In this document: in pieces, positions 9,630 to 18,418 of the stretch
Layout of the letters: each line of letters starts with the position of its first letter
Position numbering within the stretch: position 1 is the stretch's first letter
Program-made: the position numbers and the translations under genes
Origin: an uncultured Actinomycetes bacterium
Lineage (GTDB): Bacteria; Actinomycetota; Thermoleophilia; UBA2241
DNA length: 64,000 bases
Reading direction: 5' to 3'
Assembly (NCBI GenBank): GCA_963767005.1
Contig: CAVYCN010000004.1
Span: forward strand, 160,001-224,000
The notes under the pieces: generated by a model
Seen by the model: only the letters and a program-made list of their open reading frames with translations
Told to the model about the DNA's origin: nothing
Database searches by the model: none

Positions 9630-10604
9630 GTGACCGACGTGACGACAGAGCTCATCGACCTCTGCGCCGGCCTGCGCGAGGTCGTGCTGCCGTACCTGGG
9701 GCGCCACACGGCGCGCGCCCACGCCGGCCAGGCGGTGGGCGGCGACGTCACCTTCGCGATCGACGAGGTCGCCGAGCGCTACCTCGAGCGCTACCTGGCC
9801 GAGCGCCTGCCGCGCTGGGCGGCCTACTCCGAGGATCGTGGCCTGCGGGGCGCCGCCGACCCCGAGATCGTCCTGATCGTCGACCCGATCGACGGCACGC
9901 GGCCGGCGGCGGCCGGCTTCGAGTCGGCCTGCGTGAGCATCGCCGCCGCGCGGCCGGCCGCCGCCCCCGTCATGGACGGCGTCGTCGCCGGCGTGGTCCA
10001 GGAGATCAAGAGCGGGGACCTGTTCGCCGCCGAGCGCGGCGCCGGCGTTGTCGCCCGCCGCCGCGACGGCGCGCCTCTGCCCCTCGCGCCCTCGCCGAGC
10101 ACGAGCCTCGAGGGCCTCTTCTGGAACACGGGGCTGCGCGGCCGGCCGCTCGGCCTGCTGTCGCGGGCCATCGAGGAGCTGGTCGACGCCTCGAGTGTGG
10201 GCGGCGCCGTCTTCGAGCTCGGCTCGGCGACGTACGCGATCACCAGGGTGCTGACCGGGCAGCTCGACGCCTACGTCGACATCGGTCCCGCCATCATCGC
10301 CGCCTGGCCGGCGACCGAGGCCGAGTTCCGCCGCGTCGGACGCGGCCACGTGCTCTGTAACTCGCCCTACGACCTGGCGGCTGGCTGGCTGCTCTGTCGC
10401 GAGGCCGGCGTACCGATGACCGACGCCGACGGCTCGTCGCTCGGCGCCCGGCCGCTGCTCGGCAGCGACGCCGGCTATCAGCTCGCCTGCATCGCGGCGG
10501 GCAACGAGACGCTGCACGCCGCGCTCACGGCGGCCGTGCGGCGTGGCATCGGGCGTCTCGCCGGGTATGCAGGGGAGCGGACGCGGAGCGAGGGGGATCC
10601 ATGA
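9630..10604 (+). CDS. Inositol monophosphatase/FBPase-family protein
   Basis: GDVTFAIDEVAE, SED, IVDPIDGT and YDLAAG motifs. Confidence 0.88.
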   Translation: MTDVTTELIDLCAGLREVVLPYLGRHTARAHAGQAVGGDVTFAIDEVAERYLERYLAERLPRWAAYSEDRGLRGAADPEIVLIVDPIDGTRPAAAGFESACVSIAAARPAAAPVMDGVVAGVVQEIKSGDLFAAERGAGVVARRRDGAPLPLAPSPSTSLEGLFWNTGLRGRPLGLLSRAIEELVDASSVGGAVFELGSATYAITRVLTGQLDAYVDIGPAIIAAWPATEAEFRRVGRGHVLCNSPYDLAAGWLLCREAGVPMTDADGSSLGARPLLGSDAGYQLACIAAGNETLHAALTAAVRRGIGRLAGYAGERTRSEGDP

Positions 10605-11656
10605 GCGACGAGGCGGTCCACGAGGCCATCCTCTACGAACGGCGCGACGGCGGCGTGGTGCAATGCCACGTGTGCCCGCGGCTCTGCGTCGTCGCGCCGG
10701 GCCGGCGCGGCACCTGCCGGGCTCGCGAGAACCGCGACGGCACGCTCTACAGCCTCGTCTACGATCGCGTCTGCAGCGTCGCGGCCGACCCGATCGAGAA
10801 GAAGCCTCTCTACCACTTCTTCCCGGCTACGACCGTGCTGTCGCTCGGCACCCTGGGCTGCAACTTCACCTGCGCCCACTGCCAGAACTGGCAGCTCGCG
10901 CGCGCCGACGTGGCCGGCGGGCTGCGCGACCTGCGCCCACTGCCGGTCGACAAGCTGCCGCTGCTCGCGGCCAACAACGACTGCGCCGGCGTGGCCTGGA
11001 CCTACAACGAGCCCACCATCTGGATCGAGTACGTGATCGCGGGCGCGCGGGTCGCGCACGAGCACGGCCTGTATACGGTGATGGTGACGAACGGCTACAT
11101 CACGCGCGAGGGCCTCGACGCCGTCGCGCCGCATCTCGATGCGTACCGCGTCGACGTGAAGGGCTTCGACGACGACCTCTACCGGCGACTGTGCAAGGTG
11201 CCGCACGTCGAGCCGGTGCTGGCCGCCGCCGAGCGCGCGCTGCACGAGCACGGCTGCCACGTCGAGATCGTGACCAACATCATCCCGACGATGAACGACG
11301 ACGACGCGACGCTGCGCGGCATCGCCACGTGGATCGTCGAACGGCTGGGCGCCACGACGCCCTGGCATGTGACCCGCTTTCATCCGGAGCTCGAGCTGTC
11401 GCACCTGCCGGCGACTCCCATCCGCACACTCGAGCATGCCGCGACGCTCGGACGCGAGGCCGGGCTCGAGTTCGTCTACGTCGGCAACGTGCCGGGGCAC
11501 GAGGGCGAGAACACGGTCTGCCCGAACTGTCACCGGCTCGTCGTGCGGCGTACGGGGCCGGCCGTCGAGGATGTCGCGCTGCGCCGCGGCCACTGCGACA
11601 TGTGCGGCGAGGATTTGAACATCCGCGAGACGGTAAGACTCCCACCGGACGCTTGA
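10601..11656 (+). CDS. amrS: AmmeMemoRadiSam-system radical SAM enzyme (PflA-like)
   Basis: CHVCPRLC...GTCRAREN, DPIEKKPLYHF, GCNFTCAHCQNW, WTYNEP, FVYVGNV, C-terminal CPNC/CDMC. Confidence 0.88.
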   Translation: MSDEAVHEAILYERRDGGVVQCHVCPRLCVVAPGRRGTCRARENRDGTLYSLVYDRVCSVAADPIEKKPLYHFFPATTVLSLGTLGCNFTCAHCQNWQLARADVAGGLRDLRPLPVDKLPLLAANNDCAGVAWTYNEPTIWIEYVIAGARVAHEHGLYTVMVTNGYITREGLDAVAPHLDAYRVDVKGFDDDLYRRLCKVPHVEPVLAAAERALHEHGCHVEIVTNIIPTMNDDDATLRGIATWIVERLGATTPWHVTRFHPELELSHLPATPIRTLEHAATLGREAGLEFVYVGNVPGHEGENTVCPNCHRLVVRRTGPAVEDVALRRGHCDMCGEDLNIRETVRLPPDA

Positions 11657-11705
11657 ACCGGGGGTCTTTGTCCATGCTGCGCTTCTCCTATACGATGGCT
11701 CTCCT

Positions 11706-12125
11706 ATGAACGAGCTCGTCACGCTCGAGATCCCGGCCAAGGCCGAGTACGTCGTGCTCGGCCGTCTCGCGCTGGCCGGTCTCGTACGCGAGCGGCCCTT
11801 CTCGGCCGACGCCGTCGCCGACCTGAAGCTCGCGCTCACCGAGGCTTGCTCGAACTCCATCCGCCACGCCTACGACCACGTGAACGGCCAGGTCCACCTG
11901 TCGTTCGAAGCGGGCGCCGATCGCGTGACGCTGACGGTGCGCGACGAGGGTGGCGGCTTTCACGAAGACGACGCCGACTGCCCCGAGTGCGCCGCCGTGG
12001 GGGTCGCGCTCTCCGAGGGCGGCATGGGCATCTCGATCATCCGGGCCGTCGTCGACGAGTTCCGCCTCGACCATCCCGCCGAGGGCGGCACCGTCCTCAC
12101 GCTGACCAAGCTCTGCGACGCCTGA
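11706..12125 (+). CDS. RsbW-like anti-sigma factor/Ser kinase (HATPase_c_2)
   Basis: LEIPAKAEYV, DLKLALTEACSNSIRHAY, VRDEGGGF, EGGMGISIIRAVVDE. Confidence 0.85.
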   Translation: MNELVTLEIPAKAEYVVLGRLALAGLVRERPFSADAVADLKLALTEACSNSIRHAYDHVNGQVHLSFEAGADRVTLTVRDEGGGFHEDDADCPECAAVGVALSEGGMGISIIRAVVDEFRLDHPAEGGTVLTLTKLCDA

Positions 12126-12159
12126 CGGGCCGCCGGCACGCCTCGCTCGACCGGCTGGT

Positions 12160-12816
12160 CTGAGCCTCTACATCGGCCTTCTCGCCGGCTATGGCGCGGC
12201 CAACGTCAGCGGCGCGCGCGGCGCGCCCGACAAGGCGGCGGCGCTCGCCGACGACGCCCTCGCCCTGCTCGACGTGGCCGAGCTCCTCGACCCGCCGGTC
12301 GCCGGTCCGTGGGCCGACCTCGGCAGCGGCGGCGGCCTGCCCGGCATCCCGCTGGCGCTGGCTCTGGCCGACGTCCGGCTCACGCTGATCGAGGCCGTCG
12401 GCAAGAAGTGCACCTTCCTGCGCGAGGCGGCTGCCACGCTTGGTCTGACCGACCGTGTCGAGGTCGTCTGCGCCCGCAGCGAAGATCTCACCGTCCCCGG
12501 CGCGCCGGCTCGCGAGGCCTTCGCCGTGGTGCTCGCCAAGGCCGTCGGGTCGCTCGCCGTCGTGGCCGAGCTGGCCGCCCCGGCCCTGCGCCAGGGCGGG
12601 CTGCTGCTGGTGAGCAAGACGGCCGTCGCGGCCGCGCGCGAGGCGGCGGGCGGCGAGGCCGCAGGCCGTGCCTGCGGCCTCGCCGCCCGCCGCACGACGC
12701 CGCTCGCGCGCTCGCCCCTGCCGGGGTCGGTGTGCGTCGTCTACGAGAAGATCGCGCCCACGCCGGTGCGCTTTCCGCGCCGTCCCGGCATGGCCGCCAA
12801 GCGGCCGCTCGCCTGA
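12160..12816 (+). CDS. rsmG: 16S rRNA m7G527 methyltransferase (start uncertain)
   Basis: ADLGSGGGLPGIPLA, LIEAVGKKCTFL, FPRRPGMAAKRPL; RsmG-like N-terminal helix (LSLYIGLL...NVS) continues in frame upstream of GTG 12274; position before parA-parB. Confidence 0.85.
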   Translation: MSLYIGLLAGYGAANVSGARGAPDKAAALADDALALLDVAELLDPPVAGPWADLGSGGGLPGIPLALALADVRLTLIEAVGKKCTFLREAAATLGLTDRVEVVCARSEDLTVPGAPAREAFAVVLAKAVGSLAVVAELAAPALRQGGLLLVSKTAVAAAREAAGGEAAGRACGLAARRTTPLARSPLPGSVCVVYEKIAPTPVRFPRRPGMAAKRPLA

Positions 12817-12944
12817 CGAGCCGGGCCGGCAGCCCGCCGTTTCTGGCAGGGTCGGCGGGCGGTCGGTAAGATGGCGGACGAGATGCCGAGCGCCCTCGCC
12901 AGATCCAGCGCCCCCTCCACGCCCGCCCGCGGCCGGGCCGCGTC

Positions 12945-13826
12945 GTGACGCGCATCGTCGCCGTCGCCAACCAGAAGGGCGGCGTGGGCAAGACGACCAC
13001 CGCCGTCAACGTCGCCGCCTGCCTGGCCGAGGCCGGATTTCCCACCCTGCTCGTCGACCTCGACCCGCAATGCAACGCGAGCAGCGGGCTGGGCGTCGCC
13101 GCCGACTCGGCCACGCGCTCGGTGTACGGCGTGCTGGGCGGGCGCGTGGCGCTGGACGAGGTAGTGCTGCCGACCGCGGTCGACGAGCTCCGCGTGGCGC
13201 CCGCCTGCCCCGACCTGGCCGGGGCCGAGGTCGAGCTCGCGGCGGCGGCCGAGCGCGAGACCGTCCTGCGCGACGCTCTCGCCGGCGCGCTCGCCGGCTA
13301 CGAGTTCGTGTTCGTCGACTGCCCACCGTCGCTCGGGCTGCTCACGGTGAACGGCCTGGCCGCGGCCGGTGAGGCGCTGGTGCCGGTCCAGGCCGAGTAC
13401 TACGCGCTCGAAGGCCTCGCGCAGCTGCTCGGGACCATCGACCTCGTGAGCGAGCGCCTCAACCCGGGCCTGCGCCTGCTGGGCATCGTGATCACCATGC
13501 TCGACGCGCGCACGCGTCTCGGCCGAGAGGTCGTGGCCGAGGTGCGCGCGCACCTCGGCCACGACCTCTTCGCTACGCTCGTGCCGCGCAACGTGCGGCT
13601 CGGCGAGGCGCCCAGCCACGGCCTGCCCATCTCGCGCTACGACCCCACCTGCGCGGGCTCCGACGCCTACTTCGACCTCGCCAAGGAGATCGTCTCGCGC
13701 GCCCCCGGGGGCGCCGGCCGCGACGCGCCGACGGGCTCACAGAGCGGGGCGGCAGCGGCCGCGGTCGACGGCACGTCCGCCGACGTCCCGCCGCGGCCGC
13801 CCTACGGCGCCCATCCGGGAGTGTGA
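12945..13826 (+). CDS. parA: ParA/Soj chromosome partitioning ATPase
   Basis: ANQKGGVGKTTT, DLDPQCN, DCPPSLGLLT, PVQAEYYALEG, PRNVRLGEAPSHG. Confidence 0.95.
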   Translation: MTRIVAVANQKGGVGKTTTAVNVAACLAEAGFPTLLVDLDPQCNASSGLGVAADSATRSVYGVLGGRVALDEVVLPTAVDELRVAPACPDLAGAEVELAAAAERETVLRDALAGALAGYEFVFVDCPPSLGLLTVNGLAAAGEALVPVQAEYYALEGLAQLLGTIDLVSERLNPGLRLLGIVITMLDARTRLGREVVAEVRAHLGHDLFATLVPRNVRLGEAPSHGLPISRYDPTCAGSDAYFDLAKEIVSRAPGGAGRDAPTGSQSGAAAAAVDGTSADVPPRPPYGAHPGV

Positions 13827-14782
13827 CCATGGTCCCACCGACCGACGACGAGACCCGGCCGGAGCGCTCGTCCGGACCGCCCGCGCCGGCCCACGGCTCG
13901 CGCGCCCGCCTGGGGCGCGGCCTGTCGGCTCTGATCGGCGAGCGGGCGGCGGCGTCGGGCGCGGCCGACGCCGCGCCCGACGCCGCCCGCCTGCGCGAGC
14001 TGGCGGTCGACGACATCGTGGCGTCGACGAGGCAGCCGCGGCGCACGTTCGACCCCGACGAGCTCGCCGAGCTTGCCGCCTCGATTGCGAGCCTCGGCGT
14101 GGTGCAGCCGGTCGTCGTGCGGCCGGCGGGCCCCGACGCCGCGGCACCGTGGGAGCTGATCGCCGGCGAGCGCCGCCTGCGGGCCGCCCGTCTGGCCGGT
14201 CTCGCCGCGGTGCCGGCGCTCGTGCGGCCGGCCGGCGAGGCCGCCGCGCTCGAGATCGCCCTCGCCGAGAACGTGGCCCGCGAGGACCTGAACGCGATCG
14301 AGGAGGCGCTCGCCTATGCCGCCCTCGCCGACGAGTTCGGCCTCACGCACGAGCGCATCGCCGATCTCGTGGGCAAGAGCCGGGTGGCGGTCACCAACGT
14401 GCTGCGCCTGCTCGACCTGCCCGACGAGGTGCGCGAGCTGATCGAGGAAGGCCGCCTGTCGGAGGGGCACGGCCGCGCCCTCCTGGGGCTCGCCGACCAC
14501 GGCGAACGGCGCCGCGTGGCGCGCGCCGTCGTCGAGCGCGGCCTGACGGTGCGCCAGACCGAGGACCTGGTGCGCTCGCTCGCCGAGCCGGCGCCGGCCC
14601 GCGGGGCGCCGCGCCGCGCCGCTCGCGACGATGCCTGGGACGACCTGGTCGAGGAGCTGTACGGCGTGCTCGAGGTGCCGGTCCGCATCCATGCCGGCAA
14701 GCGCGGCGGGCGGGTCGAGCTGCGGTTCCGCGACCGCGCCGAGCTCGAGCGCCTGGTCGAACGCCTGCGCTCGCTCGGCTGA
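13823..14782 (+). CDS. parB: ParB/Spo0J partition protein
   Basis: LGRGLSALI, QPRRTF, LIAGERRLRAA, ENVAREDLNAIEEA, GKSRVAVTNVLRLL. Confidence 0.95.
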   Translation: MTMVPPTDDETRPERSSGPPAPAHGSRARLGRGLSALIGERAAASGAADAAPDAARLRELAVDDIVASTRQPRRTFDPDELAELAASIASLGVVQPVVVRPAGPDAAAPWELIAGERRLRAARLAGLAAVPALVRPAGEAAALEIALAENVAREDLNAIEEALAYAALADEFGLTHERIADLVGKSRVAVTNVLRLLDLPDEVRELIEEGRLSEGHGRALLGLADHGERRRVARAVVERGLTVRQTEDLVRSLAEPAPARGAPRRAARDDAWDDLVEELYGVLEVPVRIHAGKRGGRVELRFRDRAELERLVERLRSLG

Positions 14783-14862
14783 GCGGGCCACGCCGGCGGG
14801 CCGCCGGCTTCTCGCGCCCGCGTTCGCCGTGCCCGGGTGAAGACCGGGCCCGCCGGCGCGGG

Positions 14863-15438
14863 CTACTGGCCGGTCGCGCCGGTCGTGGCCGTGGGGGCGG
14901 GCGTCACGGTGCCGGGCGCGCCGGTCGGCGGCGAGCCCGGCGTCGGCGAGATCACGACGCCGGCCGGGGTGGGCGTCACGCTGACGCCCGGCGTGGTCGT
15001 GCCCGACGTGCCCGAGGTCGCACCGCTCGTACCGCCCGAGGGGACGTAGACCGTGGTGCCGTCGGGCAGCCGGTAGAACTGCCCGATCAGCGTGCCGACG
15101 CCCGAGACCTGCTGGCCCGCCTTGAGGTCGAGCCGGGTGATCTGCTCGCCCTTCTTGGTGATGACCTGCATGTCGGACTGCCCGGGGTTGGTGACGATCG
15201 TCACGTTCTTCGAGGTGAGGATCCCCGACAGGCCGATGCCGGTGAGGGCCGCGAGCAGAAAGGCGACGGCGAGCACGATGGCGACGTCGAAGAGATTGAC
15301 GACGCCGTCGAGCGGGTCGCCGTTGCGGTCGGTGCGGTCGATGCGGCGGCGCCCCATGTAGCGCAGCCGGCGCCCGTCGCCGGGCTCACGGTCGAGCGGC
15401 GCGCTCGCGTGCGGAGGGGTCTCGACGGTCGTGCTCAC
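14863..15438 (-). CDS. DUF2149-family single-TM protein with Thr/Pro-rich tail (start 15438 or 15358)
   Basis: DPLDGVVNLFDVAIVLAVAFL TM motif, NPGQSDMQVITKKG, YRLPDGTTVYVP; directly follows an ExbB/MotA gene. Confidence 0.8.
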   Translation of the reverse strand: MSTTVETPPHASAPLDREPGDGRRLRYMGRRRIDRTDRNGDPLDGVVNLFDVAIVLAVAFLLAALTGIGLSGILTSKNVTIVTNPGQSDMQVITKKGEQITRLDLKAGQQVSGVGTLIGQFYRLPDGTTVYVPSGGTSGATSGTSGTTTPGVSVTPTPAGVVISPTPGSPPTGAPGTVTPAPTATTGATGQ

Positions 15439-15454
15439 GGCGCCGGCCGCCGCC

Positions 15455-16405
15455 CTAGAAGAGCTCGCCGTCGGACGGCGTCGCCTCGTCGCGACCCGCT
15501 GCACGGGTCCCGTCGGACGGGGCGCCGCCGGCGGTGAGCGGCTGCAACGAGATCACCTCGGTCGGCTCGTCGGACTGGTCTGCCGGCGCGCCGTCGCGGC
15601 CCGCCGCGAGCGCCGGCTCGCCGGTCGCCTCGTCGAAGGCGTCCTGCGATCGGCTCTCGCCGTCGGCGCTCGCCGCCAGCGTGAGGTCGGGGAGGTCGTC
15701 GTCGCCGTCGTCGAGGTCGCCGCGCCGCCGGCGCGGCGGGCCGATGCGCAGGCGCCCGCCGCCGCCCTCGAGCAGCTCGAGCAGGTACTCGAGGTCGGAG
15801 ATGTCCTGCTGGTAGAAGCGGTCGCGGACGATGCTCACGATGAATCCCAGCCCGCCGATCAGCAGGCCGATGACCGTGACCGAGAAGGCGATCTTCAAGT
15901 TGTCGGTGAGCTGCTTTGTATTGCCCTGGGCGAGGCCGGTGAGGGCCGGAGCGAGCGGGATCAGGGTGCCCATCAGGCCGAGCATGGGGCCGACGCGCAC
16001 CAGGATGCGCGTCTTCTCGAGCCGCTTGACCGTGTAGAACTCGTACTCCTGCAGGAGCTTGAGCGGCTTCTCGGCGATGCGCTCGGTCTGGTAGTTGCGG
16101 ATCAGGTCGAAGATGAAGCGCGCGACGACCGTGGAGTAGGTGTTCTCCTGGAGGTACTTGTAGGCGCGTCGCGGCTGGCCCTTGGCGAAGGCGTCGCGCG
16201 CCTTGAGCGCCCTGATCTCGAGGGCCTCGAGGTCGCGATAGCGCACGCGCAGGTACAGCTCGTAGAGGAACCACCCGACCTCGACGACGGCCCAGCCGAG
16301 GCAGAAGAGGGCGGCGAGGAGCACCGGGTAGAGCAGGATCCGCGAGACGTCGTAGATCGCCTGCTGGATGCTGTGGGCCACGGTCGCGGCGATGACTGGC
16401 TGCAC
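15455..16405 (-). CDS. MotA/TolQ/ExbB proton channel family protein
   Basis: N-terminal TM, then RVGPMLGLMGTLIPL...LTDNLKIAFSVTVIGLLIG (PxxGLxGT TM2-TM3); acidic low-complexity tail. Confidence 0.88.
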   Translation of the reverse strand: MQPVIAATVAHSIQQAIYDVSRILLYPVLLAALFCLGWAVVEVGWFLYELYLRVRYRDLEALEIRALKARDAFAKGQPRRAYKYLQENTYSTVVARFIFDLIRNYQTERIAEKPLKLLQEYEFYTVKRLEKTRILVRVGPMLGLMGTLIPLAPALTGLAQGNTKQLTDNLKIAFSVTVIGLLIGGLGFIVSIVRDRFYQQDISDLEYLLELLEGGGGRLRIGPPRRRRGDLDDGDDDLPDLTLAASADGESRSQDAFDEATGEPALAAGRDGAPADQSDEPTEVISLQPLTAGGAPSDGTRAAGRDEATPSDGELF

Positions 16406-16414
16406 GATCTTTCG

Positions 16415-18214
16415 TCACTCCTCGCCGGCCGGTGGCGGCCCGCTCGCTCGCTGGTGGGACCGCCAGAACGAGGCGTCCTGGGGCAGGGTCTGGCCGCGCG
16501 CCGCTCCTCCGAGGACGCCCAGCAGGCGCCGGCGCACGAGCCACGATCCGACGAACCCCAGGGGCACGAGCGCCGCCAGAGCCGTGCCGACCGCGATGGC
16601 CGCGTGATTGCCGCCGCCCGAACCGCCGCCGCCGCCACCCGCGACCTGGCCCGTGACCGACGCGCTCGCCGAGGGGGTGGTCGAGCCGGTCGGGAAGGGG
16701 CTGGCCGTCGGCGTGTACCCGGAGCTCGGCGAGAGCGTGGCGCTGGGCGTCGCCGTGGGCGTCGACGTGTGGTGTGTGGCGGTGCCGGACCCGCTGCCCG
16801 TGCCGCTCGACCCCGAGCCGGTGCCGCCGGTCGAGCCGCCGCCGGCGTGAGTGCCGCCGCCCGTCGCGACCGGCACCGCCACGGTGAAGGTGCGCTCGAT
16901 GGTCGCGCGGTTGCCGGCGCGGTCCACCGCCGTCACGGACCAGGTGTGGCGGCCGTCGGTGAGCTTGGTGAGGTCGAGCCTCAGGCGCGAGGTCGTGACG
17001 TGGGCATGGCCGGTGCGGTTGACGCCGTCGACCGTCACCCGGACCGCGTGCGCGGCGATGCCGGTGCCGCCGGCGTTGTCGAAGTAGCGCGCCGTGATCT
17101 CGACCGCGCGGCCCGCGAAGCGGGCGCCGGCCTTGGGCAGGACGTGCGACGTCGCGAAGCTCGGCGCGAAATGGGTCAGCTTGTTCGGCCCGTGCGGAAC
17201 GGGGAGCGTGTGGCCGCTCAGGGCGACCGCGACCTGCATCGTCGCCCCCATCACGTTGCCGAGGTCGCCCGGGAACTCGTGGTACGAGCCGTTCGCCTGG
17301 AGCAGCCTGGCCAGGAAGGTATAGGGCGTGTGGCCGCTCTGCGCGAGGCCGTGCGGGTCGACGCCGGCCGCGTTGAGGCCTTCGATCGCCATGGCCGTCG
17401 AGAAGGCGTTGACGTAGCCGCCCTGCGTGTCGACGAAACCGCCGGCCCACGAGCCGCTGCTGCTCTCGGTGGCTTGGCGCTCCTCGATGAAGGCGGCCGC
17501 GTCCTTCACCACCTGGTCCTGGCGCGCCACTCCGGCGGCGACGAGCGCCTGCACCGCGAGCGCGGTGTCGGTCGTATCGGAGGTCGTGAGCGGCTGCGAG
17601 CCGTAGCCACCGTCGCCGTTCGGCCCGCCACCGCTGCCGTCGCTTGCGGCCGCGGCCTGCAGCCAGGCCACGGCCTCGCTCACGGGGGGCCCGCTCTCGT
17701 GCGCGCCGACCAGGGCGAGCACGGCCCAGGCGGTCGTCGTGGTCGACAGGGCGGTGCCGCTGCCCGGCGCGTAGAAGCCGTCGGTCAGCGACTGATACGA
17801 CTCGAGCTTGCCGACCAGGTCGATCTGGGTGCTGCCGGCGCTTGCCAGGAGGTCGGTCCGGTTCGCCGCCTTGTAGGCAAGGATGCACAGGGCGTAGTAG
17901 GCGGCCGCGTTGCCGCTGTTGGTGGCCGCCGTGACGAGGTTGGTGTCCTGCAGGAAGCCCACCGGGCTGCGCCCGTCCGACTTCCAGAGCCCCGGGCTGT
18001 TGGCGCCGGCCGCGATCGCGAGCGTGGCCCAGGGCGTGGTGACGGCGCTGCCGCTCGCGCCGGTGTACGAGAAACCGCCGTCGGTCCGCTGGTGGGCGCG
18101 CAGGTAGTCGAGCGCCTTGGTGACGCCGGCCGGCGCCGCCGCCGCCGGCGCGGCCGGCACGAACAGGACGCCGACCAGGGCGAGCAGCAGGACCCCCCTG
18201 TATGTCTTGGTCAC
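16415..18214 (-). CDS. Secreted, C-terminally membrane-anchored protein with prenyltransferase/squalene-cyclase-type (QxxDGGF) repeats
   Basis: GTG 18214 with GGAGG RBS; signal peptide ending PAAAAP; repeats LDYLRAHQRTDGGF, LESYQSLTDGFY, VAWLQ...DGGYG, AAFIEERQ...GGF, FLARLLQANGSY; beta-rich domain; Ser/Thr/Gly linker; TM followed by RRR. Confidence 0.8.
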   Translation of the reverse strand: MTKTYRGVLLLALVGVLFVPAAPAAAAPAGVTKALDYLRAHQRTDGGFSYTGASGSAVTTPWATLAIAAGANSPGLWKSDGRSPVGFLQDTNLVTAATNSGNAAAYYALCILAYKAANRTDLLASAGSTQIDLVGKLESYQSLTDGFYAPGSGTALSTTTTAWAVLALVGAHESGPPVSEAVAWLQAAAASDGSGGGPNGDGGYGSQPLTTSDTTDTALAVQALVAAGVARQDQVVKDAAAFIEERQATESSSGSWAGGFVDTQGGYVNAFSTAMAIEGLNAAGVDPHGLAQSGHTPYTFLARLLQANGSYHEFPGDLGNVMGATMQVAVALSGHTLPVPHGPNKLTHFAPSFATSHVLPKAGARFAGRAVEITARYFDNAGGTGIAAHAVRVTVDGVNRTGHAHVTTSRLRLDLTKLTDGRHTWSVTAVDRAGNRATIERTFTVAVPVATGGGTHAGGGSTGGTGSGSSGTGSGSGTATHHTSTPTATPSATLSPSSGYTPTASPFPTGSTTPSASASVTGQVAGGGGGGSGGGNHAAIAVGTALAALVPLGFVGSWLVRRRLLGVLGGAARGQTLPQDASFWRSHQRASGPPPAGEE

Positions 18215-18265
18215 GGTGCCTCCCGAGGTCCGCCGGCTCCCGCGGGTCGGACCACAGACGGCGCT

Positions 18266-18274
18266 ATTGTACCA
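18266..18274 (-). promoter_or_regulatory. Extended -10 promoter of the surface protein/ExbB/DUF2149 operon
   Basis: Minus strand TGGTACAAT (TGn-TACAAT) about 50 nt upstream of the GTG start. Confidence 0.5.
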
Positions 18275-18418
18275 GCACACAGAAACGGGCGAGCGGGCGT
18301 GGGCCGGGCGCGGGCGTGCGGGAGCGCCGGGAGCGGATGGCCCGGCGACCGAGACCGACGCACCGTCCACTTCGCGGGCGGCGGGCCTGTGGGCGGAAGT
18401 TGTATCCTTTGGGGCGCC

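Noticed and set aside
15455-16405. Flagellar stator or Zorya defence system
   Set aside because: The partner is DUF2149 with no OmpA-like peptidoglycan-binding domain; no flagellar or zorC/D/E genes nearby
18215-18418. Cobalamin riboswitch upstream of the surface-protein operon
   Set aside because: No B12-box or GGGAA core seen; the predicted leader is only about 45-50 nt with one small hairpin
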